Assembly: GCA_963706575.1 (NCBI GenBank)
Contig: CAVPNL010000004.1
Location: 480,001 to 544,000 of the forward strand
Reading direction: 5' to 3'
DNA length: 64,000 nucleotides
Source: an uncultured delta proteobacterium
GTDB lineage: Bacteria; Desulfobacterota; Desulfobacteria; Desulfobacterales; JAHEIW01
In this document: positions 20,517 through 34,492 of the stretch, one piece after another
Layout of the letters: every line of letters starts with the position of its first letter
Position numbering within the stretch: the stretch's first letter is position 1
Program-made: the position numbers and the translations under genes
Notes under the pieces: model-generated
The model's input: the letters and a program-made list of their open reading frames with translations, nothing else
Database searches by the model: none
Told to the model about the DNA's origin: nothing

Positions 20517-22184
20517 ATGTTAAATAAAAAGAATCCGACGACAACAAAAAGCTGGCAAAACCTCTACCGCCATTACGAAAAAACGAAAAATCTTCACATG
20601 CGCGCCCTCTTCGCCGAAGACCCCCAGCGGTTTGATAAATTTTCCATTCGCTTTAACGATTTGCTTGTCGATTATTCTAAGAACAGGATCACGCAAGAAA
20701 CCCTTAAGAGCTTAATTGAATTGGCCGAAGAATGCGACCTAAAAAATGCGATTGAAAATATGTTCAGCGGAGCAAAGATTAACGAAACTGAAAATCGCGC
20801 GGTGCTGCATATTGCCTTGCGCAACAGAGCCAACACCCCGATTGTGGTCGACGGCCAGGATGTCATGCCGGAAGTCACCAGAGTTTTAGATCAGATGGAA
20901 GATTTTTCCACCCGGGTGATCTCGGGAGATTGGCAGGGACATACCGGCAAAAAAATCAGCGACATCGTCAATATCGGTATCGGCGGATCGGACCTGGGCC
21001 CGGTCATGGTCACCGAGGCTTTAAGGCCTTACGCCAAAAAAGGCTTGCGCGTTCATTATGTTTCCAACATCGACGGTACCCACCTGACGGAAACATTAAA
21101 GCAGTTGAAGCCGGAAACCACCCTGTTTATGATTGCCTCCAAAACCTTTACCACCCAGGAGACTATGACCAATGCATTTTCGGCCAGAGAGTGGTTTTTA
21201 GAGGTGGCCAAGGACCCGCTGCATGTGGCCCGCCATTTTGTTGCGATTTCAACCAACGCGGAAGCGGTCGAGAAATTCGGCATTGATAAAGACAACATGT
21301 TTGTTTTCTGGGATTGGGTGGGCGGCCGCTATTCTCTGTGGTCGGCCATTGGCTTATCGATCGCCTGCTATATCGGATATGAAAACTTCGTTGAACTGTT
21401 GCAGGGCGCTTTTGAAATGGATCAACATTTTAAAACAGCGCCATTTGATAAAAACATCCCGGTGTTACTGGCCTTAATCGGCATCTGTTATAATAATTTT
21501 CACGGAGCCCAGACGGAGGCCATTCTTCCCTATGATCAGTACCTGCATCGATTCCCGGCCTATTTCCAGCAGGGCAACATGGAAAGCAACGGCAAATCAG
21601 TAGATCGCAATGGTGATAAAATCGATTATCAGACCGGACCCGTCATCTGGGGTGAGCCGGGAACCAACGGCCAGCATGCCTTTTATCAACTCATTCACCA
21701 GGGCACAAAATTAATTCCGGCCGATTTTTTGGCAGCGGCAATCAGCCACAATCCCATCGGGGAGCATCATCAGATTTTATTATCGAACTTCTTCGCCCAG
21801 ACCGAAGCGCTGTTAAATGGCAAGACCCAAAAGCAAGTGATTGCAGAATTGAAAAAGGAGGGAAAAACCGATAAGGAGATTCAAAAACTGCTGCCCCACA
21901 AAATGTTTGACGGTAATCGCCCGACCAACTCTATTCTTTTTAAAAAACTGACCCCCGGAGTCCTGGGAAGTTTAATTGCCATGTACGAGCATAAAATTTT
22001 TGTCCAGGGGGTGATCTGGAACATTTTCAGCTTTGATCAATGGGGTGTCGAGCTCGGCAAACAGCTGGCCACCAAAATATTGCCCGAGTTGGTAGATGAT
22101 AAACCGGTGGATACTCATGATGGTTCAACAAATGGGTTGATTAACACTTACAAAAAGATGAGAAGCGAGAACCCATCTCAATAA
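20517..22184 (+). CDS. pgi: glucose-6-phosphate isomerase
   Basis: [56 protein letters not shown] 20517 after GGGAG. Confidence 0.98.
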   Translation: MLNKKNPTTTKSWQNLYRHYEKTKNLHMRALFAEDPQRFDKFSIRFNDLLVDYSKNRITQETLKSLIELAEECDLKNAIENMFSGAKINETENRAVLHIALRNRANTPIVVDGQDVMPEVTRVLDQMEDFSTRVISGDWQGHTGKKISDIVNIGIGGSDLGPVMVTEALRPYAKKGLRVHYVSNIDGTHLTETLKQLKPETTLFMIASKTFTTQETMTNAFSAREWFLEVAKDPLHVARHFVAISTNAEAVEKFGIDKDNMFVFWDWVGGRYSLWSAIGLSIACYIGYENFVELLQGAFEMDQHFKTAPFDKNIPVLLALIGICYNNFHGAQTEAILPYDQYLHRFPAYFQQGNMESNGKSVDRNGDKIDYQTGPVIWGEPGTNGQHAFYQLIHQGTKLIPADFLAAAISHNPIGEHHQILLSNFFAQTEALLNGKTQKQVIAELKKEGKTDKEIQKLLPHKMFDGNRPTNSILFKKLTPGVLGSLIAMYEHKIFVQGVIWNIFSFDQWGVELGKQLATKILPELVDDKPVDTHDGSTNGLINTYKKMRSENPSQ

Positions 22185-22240
22185 TTGTATTTTTTCTTCA
22201 AAGACAGAGAATAAAAGTTCCAACGACGCTCTAAAGTCAG

Positions 22241-22372
22241 AAGTGCCTAAAATGACTAAAATGAGCTAAAATGCCTAAAGTTAAGGTTTCGCTGCGCTCC
22301 ATCTTTTATTATAAATATGATAGAATTCCTCAATTTTAGGCATTTTAGATCATTTTAAATTTTAGCTCACTT
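22241..22372. repeat. inverted 9-10-mer array element (CTAAAATG family)
   Basis: aagtgcctaaaatgactaaaatgagctaaaatgcctaaagtt ... aattttaggcattttagatcattttaaattttagctcactt. Confidence 0.9.
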
Positions 22373-22500
22373 GTTGTCATAAGCACTTTTTATAGGTTTA
22401 GAACTTTACCAGCGGGCGTTCGTCCGCCAACGGATTGAGATAGACTATAGTCTGTTTGATGCCAAAATAAATAATTCAACCACAAAGTTGTAAAGAAAGG

Positions 22501-23340
22501 ATGATGATGAAAATTAGGATGAAAAAATGGACGTTTGTATTTGTAGCCCTGCTGCTGTTATTAGGTGGATGTGCTCAGATGAATAGCAACACGGCCAATG
22601 CCTCGGCTTCGCCGGTCCTCGATCGCATCGTGCAGCGAGGAGAGCTTGTAGTCGGCATGGCGGGCAACATGCCGCCAATGAACATGACCAGCAAAGAGGG
22701 TGAATTGATCGGGTATGAAGTCGATCTGGCCAGGGCCATGGCAAAGGCCATGGGGGTCAAGGCCAAAATGGCGGTTATGCCTTTTTCCGAACTGCTGCCG
22801 GCGTTACAGTCGGGAAAAATCGACCTCATTCTGTCGAATATGACCATTACCCCAGGGCGCAACCTGAAAGTGGCATTTGTGGGGCCTTACTTTACTTCCG
22901 GCAAAGCGTTCCTCACCAAAATCAAAACGATTGCCATGGCGGAAGAACCGGGAGATATCGACGCCAAAAAAACCAAACTGGTAGCGCTTAAAGGCTCCAC
23001 CAGCCAGGCATTTGTCGAAGAAGCCATCCCGGATGCCACCCTGGTTAGCGCCAATGACTACGATGAGGCCGTAAAGATGGTGCTCGAGGATAAAGTGCAC
23101 GCCATGGTGGCGGATTACCCGATCTGCGTCGTGTCCGTTTTTCGCTACCCGAACCAGGGGTTGTTATCTGTGGTTACGACGCTGACCTATGAGCCCATCG
23201 GTGTGGGGGTGCCGGCGGGTGATCCGTTGCTGGTCAACTGGGTAGAAAATTTTATGGGGATCGCCGAGGAAACCGGCTTGTTGGAGGAACTAAACGGGAA
23301 ATGGCTTCTGCAGGCGGACTGGCTGCATCGGCTGCCTTAA
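22501..23340 (+). CDS. amino-acid ABC-type (family 3) substrate-binding lipoprotein
   Basis: lipobox LGGC; LIGYEVDLA, LQSGKIDLI, MTITPGR. Confidence 0.9.
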   Translation: MMMKIRMKKWTFVFVALLLLLGGCAQMNSNTANASASPVLDRIVQRGELVVGMAGNMPPMNMTSKEGELIGYEVDLARAMAKAMGVKAKMAVMPFSELLPALQSGKIDLILSNMTITPGRNLKVAFVGPYFTSGKAFLTKIKTIAMAEEPGDIDAKKTKLVALKGSTSQAFVEEAIPDATLVSANDYDEAVKMVLEDKVHAMVADYPICVVSVFRYPNQGLLSVVTTLTYEPIGVGVPAGDPLLVNWVENFMGIAEETGLLEELNGKWLLQADWLHRLP

Positions 23341-23380
23341 TCCGGTTTTTAAAAAAACCGGATAGTTATTCGTGTATGAA

Positions 23381-23437
23381 AAAAAGCGGGATGATCTGCC
23401 CGTATCTGTTGTGGGGCAAAATCATCCCGCTTTCTTT
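23381..23437. terminator. probable bidirectional hairpin terminator between convergent genes
   Basis: aaaaagcgggatgat ... atcatcccgctttcttt. Confidence 0.65.
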
Positions 23438-23455
23438 CAGTAAGCCACATTTAGC

Positions 23456-23487
23456 AATCCAAAATCTAAATTCTAAATTCCAAAATC
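23456..23487 (-). repeat. solo heptamer arm overlapping the MORN gene stop
   Basis: minus strand TGATTTTGGAATTTAGAATTTAGATTTTGGATT. Confidence 0.75.
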
Positions 23488-24001
23488 ATTGAGCGCCCAC
23501 AAATACCCCGTTTTTAAATTCGCCGCTAACCTTTTTGCCGTCCGGATAGGTCATGGTTCCCTGACCGGTGCGTTCACCGAATTTAAAATCGCCCTCGTAC
23601 TTGCGGCCGTCCGGATAAAACAGAGTGCCCTTTCCGTGGCGCTGGTCGCTTTTAAATTCACCGATGTAACGGCGGCCGTCCGGGTATGTCAAATCACCCT
23701 GGCCGTTGCGCTCGCGATACTTCCACTGACCGGCATATCTGGTGCCGTCCGGCATGGTATAGGTGCCTTCCACAATTTCGTTTTCTTTCCAAACGCCGAC
23801 GAGTTTGCGGCCGCCGGGCAAAATAAAAACCCCATCTCCGTGGCGCAAGCCGTCCTTGAAATTGCCGATAAACTTTTGACCGGTGCTAAAAACCATGGTC
23901 CCATAACCGTTGACGCAATCACCCTCGATACACTCATCGGCATGAACGCCAAGCGGAGCGATGAAAATCAATATAAAAACCGCGATGAAAAATAGTCTCA
24001 T
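23486..24001 (-). CDS. exported MORN-repeat protein
   Basis: signal peptide; repeated YxGxFKxxxRxGxGTxxYPDG units. Confidence 0.9.
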   Translation of the reverse strand: MRLFFIAVFILIFIAPLGVHADECIEGDCVNGYGTMVFSTGQKFIGNFKDGLRHGDGVFILPGGRKLVGVWKENEIVEGTYTMPDGTRYAGQWKYRERNGQGDLTYPDGRRYIGEFKSDQRHGKGTLFYPDGRKYEGDFKFGERTGQGTMTYPDGKKVSGEFKNGVFVGAQ

Positions 24002-24073
24002 CTTCTCTGTCCCTTATTGTGTTTATATCAAAAAAACTGCTGAAGCTAACGTCTTTAGACATGGTCCTTGCCA

Positions 24074-24751
24074 TTATTGCTTTGACTTTCTTGACACGTA
24101 CATGCCGACAAACCAGGCGACCACCACGACCAGGTATATTTGCCCTGTTATCGCTTCCAGAACCGCCAGTGATATGGCCTGGCTCCCGACAGGTGTAATG
24201 TCGCCGTAACCTAAAGTGGTAATGGTTACAAGGCTGAAATATAAATAAATATTTTCTGCATCCAGGAGTTTAGCATGCGCAATTGCAAAAGATGCGGGGT
24301 AGAGTATCGCTATTAACCTATAAATAAAAGTCCACATCAGCGCAATGAGCAGATATACGACGACCGCAGCAGATAGGGTTTGTCTGGTAACCACCAGGTG
24401 TGAAAAAACATATTTCAAAATCAAAATAACTGCAAAAGCAAAGAGAATCAAGCCACAGATGTAGCCGATTGTGATATAGGTATTGCTTATGGCAATTTCC
24501 TTGGACCACAATGCAAAAAGCGCCGGTATAACCAAGATTACAGCAATTATTATGTGACTTCTTTTTTGAGAGGCAGCATAAATCGTGGAAATAAAAATGA
24601 TGGAAAAAAACAGGTTCGCGGATAACTTTAGCCTTATGAAGCCCTCTATGAAAGGGACAAGCACGATCAGCGCCACCATCAGAACGGTCAGCAAGAGAAA
24701 CCTATCTTTGTAACACGCTTTCGCAAAAGACAAAAAAAATTTATCTCTCAT
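24074..24751 (-). CDS. potassium channel family (Ion_trans_2) protein
   Basis: YFSLVTITTLGYGDITP selectivity-filter signature; several TM helices. Confidence 0.88.
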   Translation of the reverse strand: MRDKFFLSFAKACYKDRFLLLTVLMVALIVLVPFIEGFIRLKLSANLFFSIIFISTIYAASQKRSHIIIAVILVIPALFALWSKEIAISNTYITIGYICGLILFAFAVILILKYVFSHLVVTRQTLSAAVVVYLLIALMWTFIYRLIAILYPASFAIAHAKLLDAENIYLYFSLVTITTLGYGDITPVGSQAISLAVLEAITGQIYLVVVVAWFVGMYVSRKSKQ

Positions 24752-24802
24752 GAGCCTACCCTTTACCTACTGTCTGGAGCGAGCAGATCGCTTCTACTTT
24801 TT

Positions 24803-25648
24803 CTACAACGCCGCTAAAGAAGACTTTGAACCGTTGGCCTCAGCGTAAGCATTATTTATACCGCTTTTCATAATTTTATTCCGAATTAAGGAAACGCGGC
24901 ATAAGTGGCTGTAGAAAAAAACGTTCGAATACCGGAACGTTTTTTTGACAATCACTATACGTGGCCAACGTACCGCATTTAAAGAAGTAAGGTAGCAGTA
25001 TTTATTCATATTGGCAAAAACAATTTTGGATCTTCGACCCCCTCCGTGCTTTTGTTCGATCTGCTCTATTTTCTGTTTCAACATTTCGATTACCTGATCC
25101 GGGGTTTCCTTACGAAGTATGGACTGAAATTGAGCGCGATAATTTCTCACAGCGCTGATCCCCAGAACCTGGATATCGTAAACCTTCCATGAACCCCTAC
25201 GCTTGATCATCCGAAGGTCAACCGGAATTTTTTGGCCTTTCCAGACGACTTTGATGTTCACCAGCGCCCGTGTGGCGGATATCATCTCCTGGCCGACATA
25301 AATCAGTTTTTCGTCTTTGTATTTTTCCTGTAATTTACCCATATAAAACTTGCCTAAAAACTCGGCAAACACCCTGACAAACTCTTTTCTTTGTGACGGG
25401 GAAAAATTTTTCCAGTTTGAAGCCAGCACCTTTTTGGAAAAGATTCGAAAATCAAATAGCTGCTCTAAAATAATGCGGAGCTCTTGCTGCTGCGCTTCTT
25501 TACGCTCCGCGTCACTGAAATCAGGGTCCTTTAAAATTCGGAATCCCGCTTCGACGCCTTTCTGCAGCGCTTCGATCGGCTGGTCCCCGTCCGCCAAAGC
25601 CGGAATCGCAGCCAATATCAAAAGGCAACCCATTAGAATATTTCGCAT
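24803..25648 (-). CDS. MlaC/Ttg2D-family phospholipid-binding protein; last ~80 codons doubtful
   Basis: signal peptide; FDFRIFSKKVL, WKVYDIQVLGISAVRNYRAQF. Confidence 0.8.
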   Translation of the reverse strand: MRNILMGCLLILAAIPALADGDQPIEALQKGVEAGFRILKDPDFSDAERKEAQQQELRIILEQLFDFRIFSKKVLASNWKNFSPSQRKEFVRVFAEFLGKFYMGKLQEKYKDEKLIYVGQEMISATRALVNIKVVWKGQKIPVDLRMIKRRGSWKVYDIQVLGISAVRNYRAQFQSILRKETPDQVIEMLKQKIEQIEQKHGGGRRSKIVFANMNKYCYLTSLNAVRWPRIVIVKKTFRYSNVFFYSHLCRVSLIRNKIMKSGINNAYAEANGSKSSLAAL

Positions 25649-25975
25649 TGCACAAACCCATCTGATGATTAGGTTCTAGATGTTACCCCTGAGGGTGATT
25701 GTAAACCATAAATAAGGACAAGCTCATGAGCAAAAAAATATCAGAAAAAGAAAGCATTTGTCTTGAAAGATGCTATTTTTTTGCTGAAAATTGCCGGCAA
25801 AAAGAGGATGGCACCTGGGACTGTAAATCAGGCCCCCAGTACTGTGAAGAGCACTGTCACGGCAAATCATAGCAAACACAACCCAATAGATTACCTGGCT
25901 GCCTTTAGACGGGCATAACGGGCAACAGAATTTTACAATTCCGCATAAGCCATTGTGCTAGATCATAAAGGAAAC

Positions 25976-26006
25976 AAAGGCCGTTTGATTTCTCAAACGG
26001 CCTTTT
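25976..26006. terminator. intrinsic terminator-like hairpin downstream of PFOR
   Basis: aaaggccgtttga-tttc-tcaaacggcctttt. Confidence 0.8.
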
Positions 26007-26031
26007 CGATTTAGCAGCATACGAAGCGCTA

Positions 26032-29601
<3,570 letters not shown>

Positions 29602-29606
29602 TTATC

Positions 29607-29733
29607 TGTTGCGCGCTGCAGGATCCGCGTTGCGAGTTTCGGGTTACGCGTTACGAGTTAAAAAAGAAATATCGATTTAAAACACCGGACGCGCAACACG
29701 AAACACGGAACCCGCAACGCGGATCCTGTAACA
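29607..29733. repeat. inverted heptamer-array element (GTTGCG(A/C) family)
   Basis: tgcaggatccgcgttgcg agtttcg ggttacg cgttacg ... cgcaaca cgaaaca cggaacc cgcaacgcggatcctgta; outer 18 nt complementary at 17/18. Confidence 0.9.
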
Positions 29734-29737
29734 CACT

Positions 29738-31351
29738 TTAATTTAGAAGTTTTTCGAAGAAGTCATTGCCTTTGTCATCAACGATGATAAAGGCTGGAAA
29801 GTCCTTTACGGCTATCATAAAAACCGCTTCCATGCCAAGCTCTTCATATTCGATGGTCTCAACGCTGGTGATGCATTCCTTGCCGAGCCTGGCTGCCGGC
29901 CCGCCGATACAGCCCAGATAGAATCCGCCAAATTTTTTACAGGATTCGGTGACCGCCCGCGATCGGTTTCCTTTTGCCAGCATGATCATCGAGCCCCCCT
30001 GGGCTTGAAAGATCGGCACATAGGGATCCATGCGGCCGGCAGTGGTCGGCCCGAACGAGCCCGACGCATATCCGGGCGGTGTTTTGGCCGGCCCGGCATA
30101 ATAGATGATGTGGTTTTTAAAATAATCCGGAAGCGATTCTCCGCGATCCAGGCGCTCTTTTATGTTGGCATGGGCAATATCTCTGGCGACCACAATTTTT
30201 CCGGTCAGCAGCAAGGGGGTCGCGACCGGAAACGCTTTCAACTGCGCCAGGATCTGATCCATGGGCCGATTTAAATCAACGCGCACCGCATCCGTATCCG
30301 AGACATCGACCTGCGGTAAATATTGGGCCGGGTTGGTATCCAGCTGTTCTAAAAAAATACCCTTGGAGGTGATTTTAGCCTTGATATTGCGGTCGGCACT
30401 GCAACTGACCCCCACCCCGATGGGACAGGAACCGCCGTGACGGGGTAATCGGATCACCCGGACATCCAGACAGAAATATTTCCCGCCGAACTGAGCACCA
30501 ATACCCAGCTCCGCCGACATTTTAAGCACCCGTTCTTCCAGTTCAAGGTCCCGAAATGCATGTCCCGATTCGCCGCCTTTTGTCGGCAGGCTGTCCAGAT
30601 ACCTGGCGCTGGCCAGTTTAACTGTTTTCAGATTGATTTCGGCAGAAGTTCCGCCGATAACAAATGCCAGATGATACGGCGGGCAGGCAGCGGTTCCGAG
30701 CGATTTCATTTTGTCCTTCATAAAATCCATCAGCCGCTGCGGTGTCAATACCGCTTTGGTTTCCTGATAAAGATAAGTCTTATTGGCGGATCCGCCGCCT
30801 TTGGCCAAAAACAAAAAATGATATTCATCTCCCTGTACCGCGTACAGTTCGAACTGGGCCGGCAGGTTGCAGCCGGTGTTTTTTTCTTCGTAGGTGGTCA
30901 GAGCGGCATTCTGAGAGTAGCGCAGATTGCCCTGGGTGTACGCGTTAAAGATGCCTTTTGAAAGCGCTTCCTCGTCCGAATAACCGGTCCAGACGCTCTG
31001 GCCTTTTTTGCCGATAACGATCGCCGTTCCGGTATCCTGGCACATGGGAAACTCGCCTTCGGCGGCAATCACCGCATTTTTTAAAAGCTCCAGGGCAACG
31101 GCTTTATCATTCGCAGAACCCTCCGGATCATCGAATATGGCCGCCAATTGCTTTAAATGCGAGGTGCGTAAAAAATGGGATACGTCGCGAAAAGCCTGTT
31201 CGGCCAAAAGTGTTAACCCTTCCGGGGCCACCCGCAAGAGCCGGGTTCCGTCAACCTCGACCGGAGATATATGATCCGTTGTCAGCAGGCGATATTCGGT
31301 GGGATCATCTTTCAGGGGAAACATTTCGTGGTAGGTAAAATCGACCATCAA
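29738..31351 (-). CDS. class I (Fe-S) fumarate hydratase
   Basis: [43 protein letters not shown]. Confidence 0.96.
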   Translation of the reverse strand: MMVDFTYHEMFPLKDDPTEYRLLTTDHISPVEVDGTRLLRVAPEGLTLLAEQAFRDVSHFLRTSHLKQLAAIFDDPEGSANDKAVALELLKNAVIAAEGEFPMCQDTGTAIVIGKKGQSVWTGYSDEEALSKGIFNAYTQGNLRYSQNAALTTYEEKNTGCNLPAQFELYAVQGDEYHFLFLAKGGGSANKTYLYQETKAVLTPQRLMDFMKDKMKSLGTAACPPYHLAFVIGGTSAEINLKTVKLASARYLDSLPTKGGESGHAFRDLELEERVLKMSAELGIGAQFGGKYFCLDVRVIRLPRHGGSCPIGVGVSCSADRNIKAKITSKGIFLEQLDTNPAQYLPQVDVSDTDAVRVDLNRPMDQILAQLKAFPVATPLLLTGKIVVARDIAHANIKERLDRGESLPDYFKNHIIYYAGPAKTPPGYASGSFGPTTAGRMDPYVPIFQAQGGSMIMLAKGNRSRAVTESCKKFGGFYLGCIGGPAARLGKECITSVETIEYEELGMEAVFMIAVKDFPAFIIVDDKGNDFFEKLLN

Positions 31352-31525
31352 ACAATGCTCCTGTGCAACATCCGGAGTTTTGGGCCAAAAGATATTTTTG
31401 AGATGAGTTCTAATTAAAGGGGTTTAAGTATCAGCCGGCAGTCAAACTGTCAAGGTATTTAGATTTATCTGCGACCGGATCGATCAGAGAAAAGGGGATT
31501 CAAAGTGCCAAAATCCCCAAATGAA

Positions 31526-31550
31526 AATCCCGCCGGTAAAAGGCGGGATT
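31526..31550 (-). terminator. hairpin terminator downstream of the hmc operon
   Basis: aatcccgcc-ggtaaaa-ggcgggatt, followed by a T-rich tail on the minus strand. Confidence 0.6.
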
Positions 31551-31645
31551 CGAGTTGGGGGTACTGTGGCTTTCTGACTCCATGTTCTGGGTCGTATTAC
31601 TTCCGCAAGGGCAATATTCTCATAAAAGCTTGGATTCTGTCATTC

Positions 31646-31728
31646 ACCACGAAGGGCACGAAGCTACACGAAGATTGATACAAAATTTATTAAATTCTTT
31701 TCTTTGTGTCCTTCGTGAACTTTGTGGT
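31646..31728. repeat. inverted 9-mer array element (CACGAAG family)
   Basis: accacgaag ggcacgaag ctacacgaag ... ctttgtgtc cttcgtgaa ctttgtggt. Confidence 0.9.
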
Positions 31729-31818
31729 AAAAATTAATGGTTTTATATATGAAACTCCGCTCTAAAACGCTTTAGCATATAGAATTTCACGGCATTATAG
31801 CGCTAATTTTACACTTAT

Positions 31819-33213
31819 CTATTCTTCCGGGTCCTCCGGCGGTTTGAGGTGTTCCGGAACCTCGAGCATATTGATTAAAAGCGGTTTTAAGAATGACCAG
31901 CGAATTCCGATTTTGTAAACTTCTTCTAAATCACGGATGGCATCCCAGCAATTGTGGCAGGGCGCAATCACCAGTTTTGCACCGGTTGCCAGTATTTGAT
32001 CGCGCTTGACCTTCATGCCGATGTTGCGCTGTTCCCGATAACGGCCGATTCCGTTTAACCCACCGCCGCCGCCGCAGCAAAAGTTATGTTCGCGGTTCGG
32101 CGTCATTTCCCGGAAATCCTCGGCCATATAGCCCATAATTTCTCTGGCCACATCTGCAAGACCGCCGTTGCGAATGTAATTGCAGGAATCCTGGTAGGTT
32201 ACCGGCTCTTTGATTTTCTTGGCGGGGTCGATTTTCAACTTGCCGGTGCGCAGGGCTTCGGCCACCCATTCAACATAATGCAGGCTGTCAATCGGCGTTT
32301 TGCCGGTTTTAAGACCGGCCCAGTAAGGGCCTTCGATAACGGTTGCCCGGTAAGCGTGCCCGCATTCGGTGACCACCATGCGCTTCGGTTTTAAGCGCTC
32401 CATGGCATCGTAAACCGACTCGACCTGTAATTTGGCGGCTTCCCAATCACCGGCAAACATGGCCAGACTGGTCTCTTCCCAGCCTTCGCTGGGAACCGTC
32501 CAATTCTCACCGGCCACATGAAACAAAATGGCGGCCTCAGCAATATCCTCCGGGTAATGCTTGGGCTCCCGGGCATTGACCGTGTAAATGATGTCCGCAT
32601 CTTGTTTGTCGATTGGAATTTCCAGACCGGGCCAATCCTCCTCGTATTCTTCCGCCATCCACTCACAGGTATCTACCCAGTCTTCGGTGGTGATGTCCAT
32701 CTGGGCCCGGAAGATGCGGTGCATGCCGGAGCCGATCTTCATTTCCCAGGGAACAAACCCCTGCCCGTAAAGCAAGCCGCGCAGATAGCTGAACATAATG
32801 CCGGTATCAATCCCGAAGGGGCAATAAACACCGCAGCGCGTACAGCAGGTGCACTTGGAGTAGGCCCAATCCATACTCATCTGCATAAGGGCATTGTCCA
32901 CGTCGCCTTTGCGGCGGATGATCTCACCCAGGGTCTTTTGAATCTTATAAGAAGGCACCTGCTTGGGATCCCGCTTGTTGGCAAGATAGTAAAAGCAGCT
33001 TTCGGCACATAAGCCGCAGTGAGAACAAATCTCCAGCCACGTTTTCGTGCGTGATTTCAAGCTTTTTTGAATCGTTCCCCACAGGGCTTTGCTGTCCACC
33101 TCCAGTTCATTCATCTCTTCATAGTATTGTTTCCCGCTTTTATCGGCCAACAGGGCCTGGAGCTGCTCTTTGGTCGTAACAGGTATCTTGTTGCAAAGTG
33201 TTCCTTCTGGCAT
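31819..33213 (-). CDS. hmcF: Hmc complex Fe-S/CCG-domain subunit
   Basis: [43 protein letters not shown]; operon position. Confidence 0.85.
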   Translation of the reverse strand: MPEGTLCNKIPVTTKEQLQALLADKSGKQYYEEMNELEVDSKALWGTIQKSLKSRTKTWLEICSHCGLCAESCFYYLANKRDPKQVPSYKIQKTLGEIIRRKGDVDNALMQMSMDWAYSKCTCCTRCGVYCPFGIDTGIMFSYLRGLLYGQGFVPWEMKIGSGMHRIFRAQMDITTEDWVDTCEWMAEEYEEDWPGLEIPIDKQDADIIYTVNAREPKHYPEDIAEAAILFHVAGENWTVPSEGWEETSLAMFAGDWEAAKLQVESVYDAMERLKPKRMVVTECGHAYRATVIEGPYWAGLKTGKTPIDSLHYVEWVAEALRTGKLKIDPAKKIKEPVTYQDSCNYIRNGGLADVAREIMGYMAEDFREMTPNREHNFCCGGGGGLNGIGRYREQRNIGMKVKRDQILATGAKLVIAPCHNCWDAIRDLEEVYKIGIRWSFLKPLLINMLEVPEHLKPPEDPEE

Positions 33214-33354
33214 GGCTCTAAATCCCCACAAGTTAATTAATTTTAGTGTTATAAAAATGAATATAACAGCAAAATTGGAATAATGGAATGATGGTCTTAA
33301 CTAAATTTCCAAAAATTAAGTTTTCTTAAAATTAAAATTTCACAAAGTGAAATT

Positions 33355-34032
33355 TTACCACGCTATACCTTTGCCTTTCATTCCACCGCGCTTAATACCG
33401 TAATCCATGCCGAGCTGAGCCCGGGTCATAAAGAAAAGTAAGAAATGCGAGAGTTTGGTAAACGGTATGGCAATTAAAACGATATGGCCGCTGATAATAT
33501 GTGCCATCAGCCAAAAATAGTAATCCGGCGCGCGGTGATAGGCTAAAAAACCGGTAATAAAAGGCGACACGGCAATCAACAACATCAGATAGTCGTACCA
33601 GTTGGTGATAATTCGGACTTCGGGAAGCGCGATACGGCGCAGGATTAAAAAGAGGACCGAAACAATAACAATAACCGTTAAACCGTCCGCCACGGCTTCC
33701 GGCAGCGTCCAGAGGCTGAAACCCCATTTTTCATTAAGTAGAATGTTATGGCCCAGCAGTAAAATCGGCGTAAACAACAAACCGAAATGCATCGTAAATA
33801 CCCAAAGCGTAAACCAGGGGTTATTGCGCCAGCTTCGGGTTCCGTATGGAAAAAGCCAGAATAAAATGGAGCGCAGCGCTCCCCTGACACCATAGGACAC
33901 ATTCTCATTGTAGGTGACCCGGTCAAGTTTCCAATCAAGGCCTTTGATATAACGCACACCCCGAACAATCAAACCGATAATAAAAATTCCGAATGATATC
34001 CATACCATCGGGCCGGTTAAAAACTCATACAT
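33355..34032 (-). CDS. hmcE: Hmc complex membrane cytochrome b subunit (NarI-like)
   Basis: TM helices with His ligands; IPFTKLSH; GMDYGIKRGG tail. Confidence 0.85.
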   Translation of the reverse strand: MYEFLTGPMVWISFGIFIIGLIVRGVRYIKGLDWKLDRVTYNENVSYGVRGALRSILFWLFPYGTRSWRNNPWFTLWVFTMHFGLLFTPILLLGHNILLNEKWGFSLWTLPEAVADGLTVIVIVSVLFLILRRIALPEVRIITNWYDYLMLLIAVSPFITGFLAYHRAPDYYFWLMAHIISGHIVLIAIPFTKLSHFLLFFMTRAQLGMDYGIKRGGMKGKGIAW

Positions 34033-34077
34033 GCGTGACTCCTTTATAGATCGAATTACCGCCTACTATCTTATCGC

Positions 34078-34212
34078 CTACTCTTCGTCATCATGCTGGC
34101 TCAGAAACAGCCAGAAGAAGGTGATGCCCAAAAGCGCACCGACGATTAAAATGTAAGTGATGCTTTCGGTGTGAAGCATATATTCTTGTAACGTGTGAAT
34201 GGTACCCTCCAT
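34078..34212 (-). CDS. hmcD: small single-TM Hmc subunit, 44 aa (below the ORF-track cutoff)
   Basis: manual translation MEGTIHTLQEYMLHTESITYILIVGALLGITFFWLFLSQHDDEE; GAGG upstream; lies between hmcC and hmcE. Confidence 0.8.
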   Translation of the reverse strand: MEGTIHTLQEYMLHTESITYILIVGALLGITFFWLFLSQHDDEE

Positions 34213-34329
34213 AATATCAGCCTCATTTAAATTATCGTCCGCGATTTATTCTATATTTTAGATAAATTCAGCCGCCATAACGTATTCCAAATATATCGGC
34301 TGATGATCGTCCCATAATAAGCGGGACTA

Positions 34330-34490
34330 AAGGAGCACTTTGCGCAGTTCCTGCGCTGCGTTTGAGGAGTGCTTCGCTTGAGGCAAAGTCTAAACTTTTT
34401 TTACCTCCAACCTAAAGTTCCGCGAAGCGGAACGCTCCTCAAGGCCCAGTGGGCCGCTCCTCAAGTCTCGCCAGCGGCGAGACGCTCCCT
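34330..34490. repeat. branched element: GCTCCTCAA repeats separated by unique hairpins, with complementary TTGAGGAG copies upstream
   Basis: gttccgc-gaa-gcggaac GCTCCTCAA ggccca-g-tgggcc GCTCCTCAA gtctcgcc-agc-ggcgagac GCTCCCT; left side aaggagc, ttgaggagt, ttgagg. Confidence 0.8.
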
Positions 34491-34492
34491 TT

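Noticed and set aside
24803..25040. Extra C-terminal domain on the MlaC-like protein
   Set aside because: It reads like non-coding sequence after the domain ends; probably stop loss or an indel near the A/G runs at ~25038-25053, which cannot be resolved by eye.
34330..34490. CRISPR array
   Set aside because: The repeat is only 9 nt with 13-19 nt palindromic spacers and no cas genes; no array of 23-47 nt repeats was seen anywhere in the window.
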